From NCBI GenBank assembly GCA_016937175.1, contig JAFGWL010000001.1:1394-65393 (forward strand): 64,000 nt of DNA, written 5' to 3'. Source of the DNA: Candidatus Mcinerneyibacteriota bacterium (GTDB lineage: Bacteria; Macinerneyibacteriota; Macinerneyibacteria; Macinerneyibacteriales; DSCS01). The notes under the pieces are model-generated. The model was given only the letters and a program-made list of their open reading frames with translations, searched no databases and was not told the DNA's origin. Shown one piece after another: positions 29,095 to 39,037 of the stretch (positions are counted from its first letter, which is position 1; each line of letters starts with the position of its first letter). A program made the translations under genes and the position numbers.

Positions 29095-31011
29095 TCAACG
29101 TTTAAGTCGGATATCGTCTAGGACGAGGCGGGTGAAGTCATCGAGAGTGAAAGATCCCAGGTCTTCTCCCGTGCGGGATCTGACAGAGACAGTCTTCTCT
29201 TCTTCTTCTTTGTCTCCTATAATGAGCATGTAGGGGACTTTCTCGGTGACCTGGGCGTCACGGATCTTTTTCCCCACTTTTTCGTTTCTGGAGTCGATAT
29301 CGGCATAGACCCCTGAATTTGAGAGCGCATCTTTTATCCGGCCGGCGTAATCAAGGTGGCGGTCGGCAATGGGGAGGATCTTGGCGTGAACGGGGAGAAG
29401 CCATGCGGGAAAGGCGCCTGCATAGTGCTCTATGAGAACCCCGAAAAACCGTTCCAGGGAACCCATGAGCGCCCGGTGGATCATAATAGGGCGATGAGGC
29501 TCTCCGTCATCTCCGATGTAGTGGATGTCAAATCGCTGAGGAAGATTGAAGTCTACCTGGATCGTGGTACATTGCCAGCTTCTGTTCAGGGAGTCGCGGA
29601 TCTTGATATCGATCTTGGGGCCGTAAAAGACTCCTTCGCCGGGATCGACGGTATAGTCCAGCCCGGTATCTTTCAAAGCTTCTTCCAGGGCGCGTGTGGC
29701 AATATCCCACTGTTCAAGCTCGCCTACATACTTTTCAGGGCGAGTGGAGAGGTAGACATCGAATTTTTCAAAACCGAAGACATGGAGGACTCTCTTTGTA
29801 AAAGCGATAAGGTCCATGATCTCCTGGTGCAGCTGGTCGGGACGGCAGAAGATGTGAGCATCATCCTGAGTAAAACCCCGGACGCGCATGAGGCCGTGCA
29901 GTACCCCGGAGCGTTCGTAGCGGTAGACCGTTCCGAATTCCGCAGTCTTTACAGGGAGGTCGCGATAACTCCGTGTCTCGTTTTTAAAGATAAGGACATG
30001 GAAGGGGCAGTTCATGGGTTTGAGAAGATACTCTTCCTCGTCGATAGTGATGGGTGAAAACATGTTTTCCCGGTAGAAGTTCCAATGCCCCGATGTCTTC
30101 CAGAGGTCGGACTTTGAGATGTGGGGTGTGTTGACGATGGAATAGCCGGCGCGGATGAGTTCATCGATGAGGTAGTCTTCGAGTTTTCTGCGGATAAAGG
30201 CGCCCTTGGGAAGCCAATAGACGAGTCCGGGGCCGAAATCGGGTTCTATATGGAACAAGCCCATCTGTTTTCCCAGTTTTCTGTGGTCTCTCATCCTGGC
30301 CTCTTCCATAGCCCTGATGTGGTCGTCAAGGGCTTCTCCGGAGAAGAAAGCTGTACCGTAGATCCTTTGCAGCATCTTGTTTTTCTCATCTCCCCGCCAA
30401 TATGCTCCTGCTACAGAGAGGAGCCTGAAATGTTTTACACGCCCCGTTGCAGGAAGATGAGGGCCGCGGCAGAGGTCTGAAAAATCCCCTTGTTCGTAGA
30501 GTGAAATGGGTTCTTCGGGGGGAATGTCCCGTAGAAGTTCTTCTTTATAGGGTTCCTTTTTTTCGTGGAAATAATCCTGGGCCTCCCGGGCAGAGAGGGT
30601 CCTTCGCGTAATAGGGATGTTCTCTTTGATTATATTCCGCATTTCCTTTTCTATGGTGGCCAGATCCTCATCGGAAAAGGTATGGTCAAGGTCGAAGTCA
30701 TAATAAAAGCCGTTGTCGATAGCCGGGCCGATGGCCACGGCAACAGGAGAAAAAAGCCTTTTAACGGCCTGAGCCATGATATGAGCCGTGGTGTGACGCA
30801 GGACTTCCAGGGCCTCGGGATCTTTTTCTGTGACGATCCGTAAGGAGGTGTCCCGGGTAAGAGCTGTGGATAAGTCGACCATTTTACCGTCGGATACACC
30901 GCACACGGCTATCTTGGCCAGGCTGCGGCTGATCTGTCCCGCTGCATCGAGGACGGTGGCCCCGTTTTCGACTTCAAGGATGCCTCCGTCGGGAAGTGTT
31001 AGTTTGATCAT
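29095..31011 (-). CDS. thrS: Threonine--tRNA ligase
   Basis: TGS domain, RHTTAH, DLCRGPH, RDHRKLG, KPMNCPFH, FYGPKID, HRALMGSLERF. Confidence 0.97.
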   Translation of the reverse strand: MIKLTLPDGGILEVENGATVLDAAGQISRSLAKIAVCGVSDGKMVDLSTALTRDTSLRIVTEKDPEALEVLRHTTAHIMAQAVKRLFSPVAVAIGPAIDNGFYYDFDLDHTFSDEDLATIEKEMRNIIKENIPITRRTLSAREAQDYFHEKKEPYKEELLRDIPPEEPISLYEQGDFSDLCRGPHLPATGRVKHFRLLSVAGAYWRGDEKNKMLQRIYGTAFFSGEALDDHIRAMEEARMRDHRKLGKQMGLFHIEPDFGPGLVYWLPKGAFIRRKLEDYLIDELIRAGYSIVNTPHISKSDLWKTSGHWNFYRENMFSPITIDEEEYLLKPMNCPFHVLIFKNETRSYRDLPVKTAEFGTVYRYERSGVLHGLMRVRGFTQDDAHIFCRPDQLHQEIMDLIAFTKRVLHVFGFEKFDVYLSTRPEKYVGELEQWDIATRALEEALKDTGLDYTVDPGEGVFYGPKIDIKIRDSLNRSWQCTTIQVDFNLPQRFDIHYIGDDGEPHRPIMIHRALMGSLERFFGVLIEHYAGAFPAWLLPVHAKILPIADRHLDYAGRIKDALSNSGVYADIDSRNEKVGKKIRDAQVTEKVPYMLIIGDKEEEEKTVSVRSRTGEDLGSFTLDDFTRLVLDDIRLKR

Positions 31012-31028
31012 AATTAGCTCCTTTCAAT

Positions 31029-32009
31029 TCATGGATAGACGAGGTCCTGCAGGCGGACTTCCACGATGAAGGCCTGCTGCTTTTTATCCTGGAAACTGTG
31101 CCGGTAGATATAGAGGCTGCCGTCGTTGTAGTAACCGTATCCCAGGGGGTAGCGGATTTTCGCGTAGGGGGCCTTGTCGTTGAGTCGGATGAGTTCCAAT
31201 GTCCCTCCTCCGTTGACACTCCAATAGGTGACAAACAGGTAGGGGCCAACCTGCCCCAGGTCATAGACGACCCCGTTTTTCTGGATAGAGTTCTTTTTAT
31301 AAGAAGCCGTAATGGGTTCTGATGTTTCAAACGTCTTTGTCCGGCGTCCTTTGATTTGATAAAGGGTGGAGTCATATTGAAAAGTATAAAGGAGGTTCCC
31401 TTCAGTATCACGGCCAAAAAGGATATTGCCGGGAATCGGCGGCGAAGAAGTAAAGGCCACTTCGCCCGGACTGCCCAAATGTGTGCAACGCAAGAGCGAA
31501 AAGTCACCGTCAATGGTGGAGCCGAAGACCCAGAGGTCCTTGCCCAGTATAAAAAGATTCAAAATCTGGCGGATACCCGGAACATAGGAGGTCCCTTCGT
31601 AATGGAAAGAGTCCTCTTTGAATTGAAATCTGGTGATGCGGTTTCCCTGATCGGCGAACCAGAAAGCAGAACCGCTGGTCGTAAAAAGAGAGAGCCGGGA
31701 TAATTGTCCCTCTTCCTGTCCCCGGATAAAATAGTAATATTGCTTTTGAGACATGTTCTCTTTGTCGAAAAAGATCAGGGCGTTCTGATCGGGGGATACG
31801 AAGATATGGTGTCCCTGAAACAGCCCTTTGTATTCGAGTTTGGGATGATCCTCACCGGAAGGGAGGGGGTGGATGGATAAAAAGGGCGTGATATCCGGTT
31901 GGTAGATCGCTCCCTTTTTTCCTCCCCCGAAAAGGTGAGGGGGAAAAGAGAAAAGGAAGAAAACGATTAGGAGAGCAAAACAAGTCTTATTCTTCGACGG
32001 AGATGTCAT
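31029..32009 (-). CDS. Exported hypothetical protein, beta-rich (possible propeller)
   Basis: N-terminal hydrophobic signal; fills the gap between lrp and thrS. Confidence 0.55.
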   Translation of the reverse strand: MTSPSKNKTCFALLIVFFLFSFPPHLFGGGKKGAIYQPDITPFLSIHPLPSGEDHPKLEYKGLFQGHHIFVSPDQNALIFFDKENMSQKQYYYFIRGQEEGQLSRLSLFTTSGSAFWFADQGNRITRFQFKEDSFHYEGTSYVPGIRQILNLFILGKDLWVFGSTIDGDFSLLRCTHLGSPGEVAFTSSPPIPGNILFGRDTEGNLLYTFQYDSTLYQIKGRRTKTFETSEPITASYKKNSIQKNGVVYDLGQVGPYLFVTYWSVNGGGTLELIRLNDKAPYAKIRYPLGYGYYNDGSLYIYRHSFQDKKQQAFIVEVRLQDLVYP

Positions 32010-32451
32010 AACCCATATCCTCCTCTGTGGATAGAACGATAAAGGTCTCCACATTGCGGATAGACGGAATGATAAAAGAGATCCTTTTCATGAGAAACTC
32101 TTCGAGTGCTGTGATCGAGTCCATGGAGACATTAAGGATGAAATCGTATTTGCCTGTGGTAAAGTAATAGGACCGTATCTCTTTGCAGGAAATAATGGCG
32201 TCTCTGATCTTGTCCAAAGACTCCATGTTTTTTCGGTCGATGGTGATAGCCATAATAGCCGTGATCTTCTTCCCCAGTTTTTCCGGGTCGAGGATCGCTT
32301 TATACCCTTTGATAAAACCATTGTTTTCAAGCTTTTTGATCCGCTCCAGAACGGCGGGGGTAGAAAGGCCGATACGTTCGGCGATGGCTTTGTTGGTGAT
32401 GCGCCCGTTGAGTTGCAGGATATTCAGGATCTGTCTGTCGATTCGGTCCAT
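31987..32451 (-). CDS. Lrp/AsnC transcriptional regulator
   Basis: MDRIDRQIL..LQ.NGR, IGLS, RIKKLE, TGKYD. Confidence 0.92.
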   Translation of the reverse strand: MDRIDRQILNILQLNGRITNKAIAERIGLSTPAVLERIKKLENNGFIKGYKAILDPEKLGKKITAIMAITIDRKNMESLDKIRDAIISCKEIRSYYFTTGKYDFILNVSMDSITALEEFLMKRISFIIPSIRNVETFIVLSTEEDMGYDISVEE

Positions 32452-32466
32452 AGAAAACCTCCCGGT

Positions 32467-33585
32467 TTAACCTAATGTGTTGAAAAACGTACGGATAGCC
32501 TCGATAACGGCTTCCGTCTCTTCCCCTGTCATGTCGGGAAAGATAGGGAGGGCCAGGATCGACCGGGCTGTTTGCTCTGCTACAGGAAAGTCACCCTCGC
32601 TGTACCCCAGGAAAGAAAAACACTCCTGAAGATGAAGCGGAAGAGGGTAATAGATCGCATTGCCGATTTCTTTTTCATCCAGATAACTCTTTAAATCATC
32701 ACGATATGACGTTATAAGAGAGTAAACATAATATACTGGATCGCATTCAGGCTTAATCACAGGTAAACGTATTTCCTGAATGTTATTCAGGCCTGTATTA
32801 TAGGAAGATGCAATTGCAGCACGAGCCTGTATATCCTCGTCGATGGTCTGGAGTTTAACGCGGAGGACTGCGGCCTGCAGGGTGTCGAGACGGCTGTTAT
32901 ATCCGACTTCGCTATGAAAATAACGCCGGGATTCCCCGTGGCGACGCAAAGACCGTAAACGCTGTGCCAGTTCTTCCGAATGTGTGACGGCCATCCCTGC
33001 ATCACCATAAGCCCCCAGGGTTTTAGTGGGATAGAAGGAAAAGATCCCGATGTCTCCCAGGGTCCCGGCTTTCCGGCTCCGGTAGGACATGCCGAAGGCT
33101 TCGGCTGCGTCTTCCAGCAGAGCCAACCCGTTTTGCTCGGCCAAAGAGAGAAGAGGTCCCATTTCGGCAGTCTGGGTAAAGAGGTGAACGGGAAGGATTG
33201 CCTTTGTCTTGGGAGAGATCTTCTCCGCAGCACGGACGGGATCAAGATTAAAAGTCTCTGGGTCGATATCTGCGAAGACAGGGACTGCTCCCAGGCGTGT
33301 AATGGCGCTGACAGAAGCAAAAAAGGTAAAGGGGGAGGTGATCACTTCATCCCCCGGGCCGACTCCCAACGCATGGAGTCCCAGGAGAAGGGCATCAGAT
33401 CCGCTGGCCAGGCCTACAGCATAAGGGACGTCAAGGTAGGCCTCGACCTCTTCTTCAAGAGCTGAGACATCGCGCCCCAGAATATAATCACCACGGAGGA
33501 GGACCTCTTCCATAGCTTTATCAAAAAGGCCTTTTTTTCTTTGGTATTCACGGACACCGGTAAAAAAGGGAACAGCCATAGTCAT
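32467..33585 (-). CDS. DegT/DnrJ/EryC1 sugar aminotransferase (WbpE-like)
   Basis: SGSDAL, EDAAEAFG, FSFYPTKTLGAYGDAG, GYNSRLDTLQAA. Confidence 0.9.
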   Translation of the reverse strand: MTMAVPFFTGVREYQRKKGLFDKAMEEVLLRGDYILGRDVSALEEEVEAYLDVPYAVGLASGSDALLLGLHALGVGPGDEVITSPFTFFASVSAITRLGAVPVFADIDPETFNLDPVRAAEKISPKTKAILPVHLFTQTAEMGPLLSLAEQNGLALLEDAAEAFGMSYRSRKAGTLGDIGIFSFYPTKTLGAYGDAGMAVTHSEELAQRLRSLRRHGESRRYFHSEVGYNSRLDTLQAAVLRVKLQTIDEDIQARAAIASSYNTGLNNIQEIRLPVIKPECDPVYYVYSLITSYRDDLKSYLDEKEIGNAIYYPLPLHLQECFSFLGYSEGDFPVAEQTARSILALPIFPDMTGEETEAVIEAIRTFFNTLG

Positions 33586-33593
33586 CCTTTCTT

Positions 33594-34637
33594 TTAACGG
33601 GGGTAGTTCAGGGGGAGGCTTATCATGCGGTTTTCCATATTGCTCTGGTAGATGGCCAGTATCAGTTCCAGGCTTTTTTTGCCTGACCGTCCGTCTGTAG
33701 AAGGCGCTGCCTCTCCGTTCAGGACTTGGAGGACGTTTTTATAGTATTGAAGATGTCCGAATCCGTAGACATTGGGCGGGGTGTAGTTGGATTCGCAGAT
33801 GGCCTTGTCTTCAGGTTGTGAATCGGCGAATTCCCATTTTTCTACATTGTTCAAGGCCATTCCCCCGATCCGGACCGTCCCCTTCTCTCCGATAACGGTG
33901 AGAGACCCTTCCAGGTTGTTTGGATAGGTCAGCATAGTGACCTGGATGACACCCATGGCTCCACTGCGAAATCTCAGAAGAGCTGCTCCAGTGTCTTCGG
34001 CTTCTATCTTCCGGGCTAATGTGGCCGTCTGTCCCATGACGCTTTCTACAGGCCCCCCGATCCATTGGATGAGGTCCACGTAGTGGCTGGCCTGGTTCAT
34101 AAAGCAGCCGCCGTCGAACTCCCATGTGCCCCGCCAGGGAGCCATATCGTAGTAATCCTGAGGACGGGTCCAGAAGACGGTTGTGTTAAGGAAGTAGATC
34201 TTTCCGAACCGGCCTTCATCCACGGCCTTTTTCAGCCCGGCGACGCCGGGATTGAGACGGTTTTGCTTCACTACGAAGAGATGGACGCCATGATGGTCGC
34301 AAGTCCGGATAAGAGCTTCGGCATCCTCGAGCCGGACGGCCATAGGTTTCTCGCTGAGAACATGAATCCCTCTTTTGGCTGCTTCTATTCCCATAGCCGG
34401 ATGGAGGCCTGAAGGGGTGCAGATGCTGACCAGGTCCATGGGGACTTTATCAAGCATCTCCCTGTAATCTTTATAAAAAGGGACCCCGAAAGCTTGCGCT
34501 GCATTACTTGCCCTCTCTTCGACGATATCGCAGACAGCTGTCAGCTGGACAGCGTCTCCCAGGTTTTTCAAGGTTTCAAAATGATTTTTACTGATCCGGC
34601 CACAGCCGATTAGTCCGATCTTGATGGTCATGGTCAT
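33594..34637 (-). CDS. Gfo/Idh/MocA oxidoreductase (WbpB-like UDP-GlcNAcA 3-dehydrogenase)
   Basis: GCGRIS, CTPSGLH, EKPMA, VKQNRLN, WRGTW..DGG..MNQASHYVD. Confidence 0.85.
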   Translation of the reverse strand: MTMTIKIGLIGCGRISKNHFETLKNLGDAVQLTAVCDIVEERASNAAQAFGVPFYKDYREMLDKVPMDLVSICTPSGLHPAMGIEAAKRGIHVLSEKPMAVRLEDAEALIRTCDHHGVHLFVVKQNRLNPGVAGLKKAVDEGRFGKIYFLNTTVFWTRPQDYYDMAPWRGTWEFDGGCFMNQASHYVDLIQWIGGPVESVMGQTATLARKIEAEDTGAALLRFRSGAMGVIQVTMLTYPNNLEGSLTVIGEKGTVRIGGMALNNVEKWEFADSQPEDKAICESNYTPPNVYGFGHLQYYKNVLQVLNGEAAPSTDGRSGKKSLELILAIYQSNMENRMISLPLNYPR

Positions 34638-34726
34638 CCTCCTTAGTTGAACTATAATAGGATTATCACATTTTGCAAGGGAAAGTTAATATGATTAGGA
34701 ATGCAGGTGCAGTTTCCTAATAAATA

Positions 34727-35467
34727 TCAGTTGTTTTGGAGCTTCTCCGGATGAGCAGTGCGTTTCTTCAAGGCAAGGAAGACCTGGTTGAGATACGACC
34801 ATTCCCGAAGGGAGAGGGGCCATTTCTGAATGGTATTCCGTAAAAGAGTCCTGTTTTTATCGGCGGTGATCTCCTTTTGGAAAAGATGGGAAGAGATCAG
34901 GGAAAAAAGGTTTTCAAAGAGTTCTTCTTTTTTGAGGGCATCTGCCCCGTTCTTTTTTGAGGAAGGAGCCGCAGAAGAGGGAGATGTCAGCGGGGAAAGG
35001 GAGAAGGCCGTGAGAAGAACGGCATGGGCAAGGTTCAGGGAAGGGTAAGCCGGGGACGTAGGAATAGAGACGGTCGCCGAGATATAGCGTAGCTCCTCAT
35101 TGTTGAGCCCGTTTGTCTCATTTCCGAAAAGAAGTCCGGCACGTGTCTCCGGAGCTTCGTTCAGAGAAGAGGCAAGTTCTGGCAGCGAGATTTGCGGATA
35201 CTCTTTCCGGGGACGCGCAGTGAGAGCATAGATATGGTCTACTTCAGCAGCAAACTCTTCAAGGGAGCGGCCTGTAATGAGCCGGTGAAGGGCATTTTTT
35301 GTCCCGGCAGCCATCTTTCCGACAATCTCTTCATCATAATGGAGAGGATCGATGACCCAGAGGCGGCGGAATCCCATATTAGAGAGCGCGCGGAAGGATG
35401 AGCCGATATTTCCCGAGTCAAAAGTCCGTATCAGGGCAAATTGGATCCGGTCAGATCGCATGGTCAT
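34727..35467 (-). CDS. TrmJ/TrmH-family SPOUT RNA methyltransferase
   Basis: GNIGS..RA..NMG, FGNETNGLNNEEL, IPT...YPSLNLAHAV. Confidence 0.85.
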   Translation of the reverse strand: MTMRSDRIQFALIRTFDSGNIGSSFRALSNMGFRRLWVIDPLHYDEEIVGKMAAGTKNALHRLITGRSLEEFAAEVDHIYALTARPRKEYPQISLPELASSLNEAPETRAGLLFGNETNGLNNEELRYISATVSIPTSPAYPSLNLAHAVLLTAFSLSPLTSPSSAAPSSKKNGADALKKEELFENLFSLISSHLFQKEITADKNRTLLRNTIQKWPLSLREWSYLNQVFLALKKRTAHPEKLQNN

Positions 35468-36386
35468 AAAAATCCTTTCCGTCTGTAAAAACTGTTTTTG
35501 TCTCATGAAGGTAGCGGGTCAGGAACTTGAGCAGAGAAATAAGGCCCTTGCCTAAAACGAAAGGGGCCAGAAGGAGAAGGAAGATGAGAAAAGAGGTCTT
35601 TTGAAAAGTGACTTTGTGAAAAGCAGCTTTGAAAAGGAGGGCGGTGAAACCTGCTGCGGCCCCGGCAAAGAGGGTTGTCCCGACTGTCAAAAGAAACGGT
35701 ATGTGGAAACGTGCCGGCAGGGTCCCGTAGAGGATTTCTCCTGATACTCCGTCCAGAATGAATAGATAGCGTTGGCTCTGAAAGGAGTATTCGGTCACGT
35801 GGAGGGGGTAAAAAAGGAGGGTTGTGTGAAAGTCAAGTCCCGAGCGGAAAAGAGTCTCGTCTGTATCACGGGAAAGGGCCATAAGAGTCTGGTCGGCCCG
35901 GGGGAAAGGCAGGGTGGGAAGAATGATCCGCCCCTCCGCCGGAGGGGTGAGAGAGAAGGGTTTAAGAGACCCGAATCCGTAGAGAGATCTCCCGGAGTCG
36001 ATCTTCAAGTTCTCCGGACAAGGAAAGGACGCCGGCCGGGCAGCAGGCAGCACCAAAGAAAGAGGGGAGAGATCCAGCCTCTTCTTCTCCCCGGTAAGCA
36101 AAAGGCGGGCCAGGATCCCCTCTAACTGATAAAAGGGTACATAGTAGAGTTCATGAGAAAGAAAAGAGGAGGGGGATATCCGCTCCCTGAGAAAGGAAGA
36201 TATCTTTCGTGCGGCTATCTCAGATGTCAATTTATTGTGAAACCAGATTTCCGGGACCTCTTCCGGATGAGAGGCACGGATGGGCGTTCCGCAATAGGGG
36301 CATTCGATCTTTTTATTCCATTGATATTCTGACAGTTCGAGGTCTGCGCTGCAGCGGGGACAGCGGATAATATCGATCTGAAGCAA
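35451..36386 (-). CDS. Zinc-ribbon membrane protein, unknown function
   Basis: CPRC-x15-CPYC, YVPFY, DGVSG, two C-terminal TMs; AAGGAGGT RBS before TTG. Confidence 0.7.
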   Translation of the reverse strand: MLQIDIIRCPRCSADLELSEYQWNKKIECPYCGTPIRASHPEEVPEIWFHNKLTSEIAARKISSFLRERISPSSFLSHELYYVPFYQLEGILARLLLTGEKKRLDLSPLSLVLPAARPASFPCPENLKIDSGRSLYGFGSLKPFSLTPPAEGRIILPTLPFPRADQTLMALSRDTDETLFRSGLDFHTTLLFYPLHVTEYSFQSQRYLFILDGVSGEILYGTLPARFHIPFLLTVGTTLFAGAAAGFTALLFKAAFHKVTFQKTSFLIFLLLLAPFVLGKGLISLLKFLTRYLHETKTVFTDGKDFYDHAI

Positions 36387-36387
36387 C

Positions 36388-37053
36388 TTAACCTCCTTTA
36401 AGGAGCGCCATCCCAAAGAAAAAAAGAGCGGCAAGAGAGAGCAGCAGGAGAAGAGGAGACTTCATGAGAAAAAAGACTGCTGCAAAGGACGTTAGGATGA
36501 GAAAGAGCAAGACGATACGGTTTTGGCGGACCCGCAGGCGGGAAAGATGATCGGGGAGATCCGCGGTGTAAAGTCCTCCTGTGACGTTGTCGATAAGCAT
36601 CCTGACGGGATGTCCTTCCAGGTTTTCCGTGAAGAGGGTGAAGGGAATAAGAAAAAGGGAATGGGGTGATTGCGGTCCTTCAAAATGGAGAGAGGGGGCT
36701 TCGCCGGGTTCCAGGGGGATGACCCGGTCAGCCCGCGGGACATATCCTTTAAGTTCCAAAAAGGATTCTTCTCCGCACGGAGCCCATGCTCCTTCAGGGG
36801 TCTTCATAAAAGGGATGTTCAGCGTTGACTGGGAGGTGATCGTGAAATCATCCATGGGCAGACCGCGGCCCCTCAAGGCTCCGATCAATGTTTGTTTCGC
36901 CCGAAGCGGAGAAAGTGCGGAAGGTATCTGGAAAAAAAGCAGGGCATCTCCGGGTGTCGGATAGAGGGTATTGTGGCACCAGGGACAGGAGACGGCGGTA
37001 TGATAACGGGTGATCGTGACCGGTGCGCCGCATGCTGGACAGGCTCGTTCCAT
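36388..37053 (-). CDS. Zinc-ribbon membrane protein (paralogue-like of neighbour)
   Basis: CPAC-x14-CPWC, IPF, DNVTGG, two C-terminal TMs. Confidence 0.7.
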   Translation of the reverse strand: MERACPACGAPVTITRYHTAVSCPWCHNTLYPTPGDALLFFQIPSALSPLRAKQTLIGALRGRGLPMDDFTITSQSTLNIPFMKTPEGAWAPCGEESFLELKGYVPRADRVIPLEPGEAPSLHFEGPQSPHSLFLIPFTLFTENLEGHPVRMLIDNVTGGLYTADLPDHLSRLRVRQNRIVLLFLILTSFAAVFFLMKSPLLLLLSLAALFFFGMALLKGG

Positions 37054-37054
37054 C

Positions 37055-39028
37055 TTATTTATTCAGTTTTTTGACATTTTTGTTGTCACTCTGGCTGATC
37101 CGACGTGAAAAATCCTGGAAAAAGTCGGGTGCTGACTGCTTTAACTGTTCCATGAGAAACTCTTTGAGGCGAAGCACGTGGTCCTCCTTGAAGAGAGTGA
37201 CAGGGTGATCCCATTCCAGGAAAGAAAAGAGTTTTACGGACAGGTCAGGATGAGTCTTGGCTGCAAAGACTGTTTCCCGGATGACTTCTTCGCAGAAGGG
37301 AGCAAAAGAGCTGTTTTTATAAAGATCCTTCATACTGTCAAAGAGGAGCTGCATCCCCTTTTGGTCAGCCACAGCGGAGATCCCGGGGATCATGGCTGTC
37401 TTGGTATCTGGGAGAGGTTCTTTCCGGATAAGAGCTAGCAGAAGGTTGAAAGCCTGGGGGTGACGGATATTCTTCAGGGCCAGGGACAACTCTTCCCGGA
37501 CCCGGGGGTCTTTATGCTCGGTGAGGGGGGCAAAGGCTGAGAGGTCATTGAACGTCCCGATCTCCCCCATGATCTTGATCCCGTTCCTGACGACGTACCA
37601 TCGGTTGTCACGAAGCATGCGTTTCAGGAAGGGGACTGCTTTGTCACCGCTTTTGACCAGAATATTGATGATGTTCCGGCGCATATCCTTGTCCTTCTCA
37701 TCCATCAGGGAAGTGAGGAGCGGAGTGATGGCCAGTTCGTCGCATTGGAGGAGAAGGGTCTCCACCTGGAAGCGGTCCGGGCTTTTCATCAGTTTTTTGA
37801 GTAGTCCTATGAGTTCAGTCACCACATGAAAAAAATCTTTTTTGCTGAAATGGTCCATGAGCTTCGATTCGATGACAGCAGGGATCCAGGATTTAAGAGA
37901 AGTGAGGTCTTCAAGGGAAACGGCCCGTTTCATGGAAAGGAAGGTCAGCTCGGAGAGAAGGGAAAAACATTGAGGGGTGCATTCCTCCTGATGAGCAGAG
38001 ATATATCCGAGGATCACGGAGAAGATGCGGGCGTAACGGGCAAATCCCTCTGAAGGAAGATCCCGGCAGAGGGAAAGGGCTTCTTCCAGAAGGCGGTGTT
38101 TGACCTCTATCCGGATATCGCCGATATTGTATTCAAAAAGCCAGTTAAAGTGCTGGAGGACATCCTCTTTTTTTGAGTCCACGGTATCCTTATAGAGGGC
38201 GAATAGATCGAGGTGCTCCAGGGTGTCGAGGGGAAGGGCCGCCAGAGTCCCGAAACGTCGGGCCCTTTCATAGGAGTTGAGACGGTTAAAAGGGACAAGC
38301 CCGTATTTTTCTTCCAGATCCTTTTCCATCATCCGGTTGTCAAGAATAGCGGCGATATCTTCCTCGTCTAATTCTACTGTGATGAGACGTTCAGGCTCAG
38401 AGGCCGGAGCTGCCGTCTCCTCCTCTGCTTTTTTTTCCGTCGTTTGGGATCCGAAAGAACCGCCCAATCCCACAAAATGGCCGGTTCCTTCTGTGGCGAG
38501 AAGCTCTCTGCCCGGGAATGCAGCCGGATTGATGGCCTGTGATGACGGGGTTCCTGCACCTCCGGGTCCTCCCGGGCCTGTCCCTCCCCCTGGTCCTGTT
38601 CCCGATCCGCCTCCACCCACCCGAGGCTGATAGAAGATGATCTTGGCGTGATCTACATTGTAGGAGGTCAGGGCCCGGTCGACGTCAGCGAGGTCTTGCC
38701 CCCGGGAATCCGAAAGGATCTGGATGAAAGCCTCGTATTCCTTAAGAGTGATTCCCTTGAGCAGAGCGATTCCGGAATAGCTTCGTTCGGAGAAAAATTT
38801 AAAGAGGAACTCGGTGACGTGAGGGTTTGAGCGGATGAGTTCTGAGTTGACGAAGGCCGCTTCTCCGCTCATGGTCAAGATCAGGCGGTCTTTCTGCTGA
38901 AAGATCTTGTCAGCAAAAGAAAAATTCCTTTCGATGGCTTTTTTTGTTTCTGGATGAGAAAAAGTATAATAAAGGCCGTTCTGGAGAGCTGTTCCCAGGG
39001 AAATGATAAAAAACTTATATTCGTTCAC
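37055..39028 (-). CDS. HEAT-repeat protein with Gly-rich linker
   Basis: LRDNRWYVVRNGI..MGEIG, HKDPRVREE HEAT motifs; GGGGSGTGPGGGTGPGGPGG segment. Confidence 0.75.
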   Translation of the reverse strand: MNEYKFFIISLGTALQNGLYYTFSHPETKKAIERNFSFADKIFQQKDRLILTMSGEAAFVNSELIRSNPHVTEFLFKFFSERSYSGIALLKGITLKEYEAFIQILSDSRGQDLADVDRALTSYNVDHAKIIFYQPRVGGGGSGTGPGGGTGPGGPGGAGTPSSQAINPAAFPGRELLATEGTGHFVGLGGSFGSQTTEKKAEEETAAPASEPERLITVELDEEDIAAILDNRMMEKDLEEKYGLVPFNRLNSYERARRFGTLAALPLDTLEHLDLFALYKDTVDSKKEDVLQHFNWLFEYNIGDIRIEVKHRLLEEALSLCRDLPSEGFARYARIFSVILGYISAHQEECTPQCFSLLSELTFLSMKRAVSLEDLTSLKSWIPAVIESKLMDHFSKKDFFHVVTELIGLLKKLMKSPDRFQVETLLLQCDELAITPLLTSLMDEKDKDMRRNIINILVKSGDKAVPFLKRMLRDNRWYVVRNGIKIMGEIGTFNDLSAFAPLTEHKDPRVREELSLALKNIRHPQAFNLLLALIRKEPLPDTKTAMIPGISAVADQKGMQLLFDSMKDLYKNSSFAPFCEEVIRETVFAAKTHPDLSVKLFSFLEWDHPVTLFKEDHVLRLKEFLMEQLKQSAPDFFQDFSRRISQSDNKNVKKLNK

Positions 39029-39037
39029 AATCGCTCC

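Noticed and set aside
38540-38625. GC-rich quasi-repeat DNA
   Set aside because: Encodes the Gly/Pro linker of the HEAT protein; not an independent repeat element
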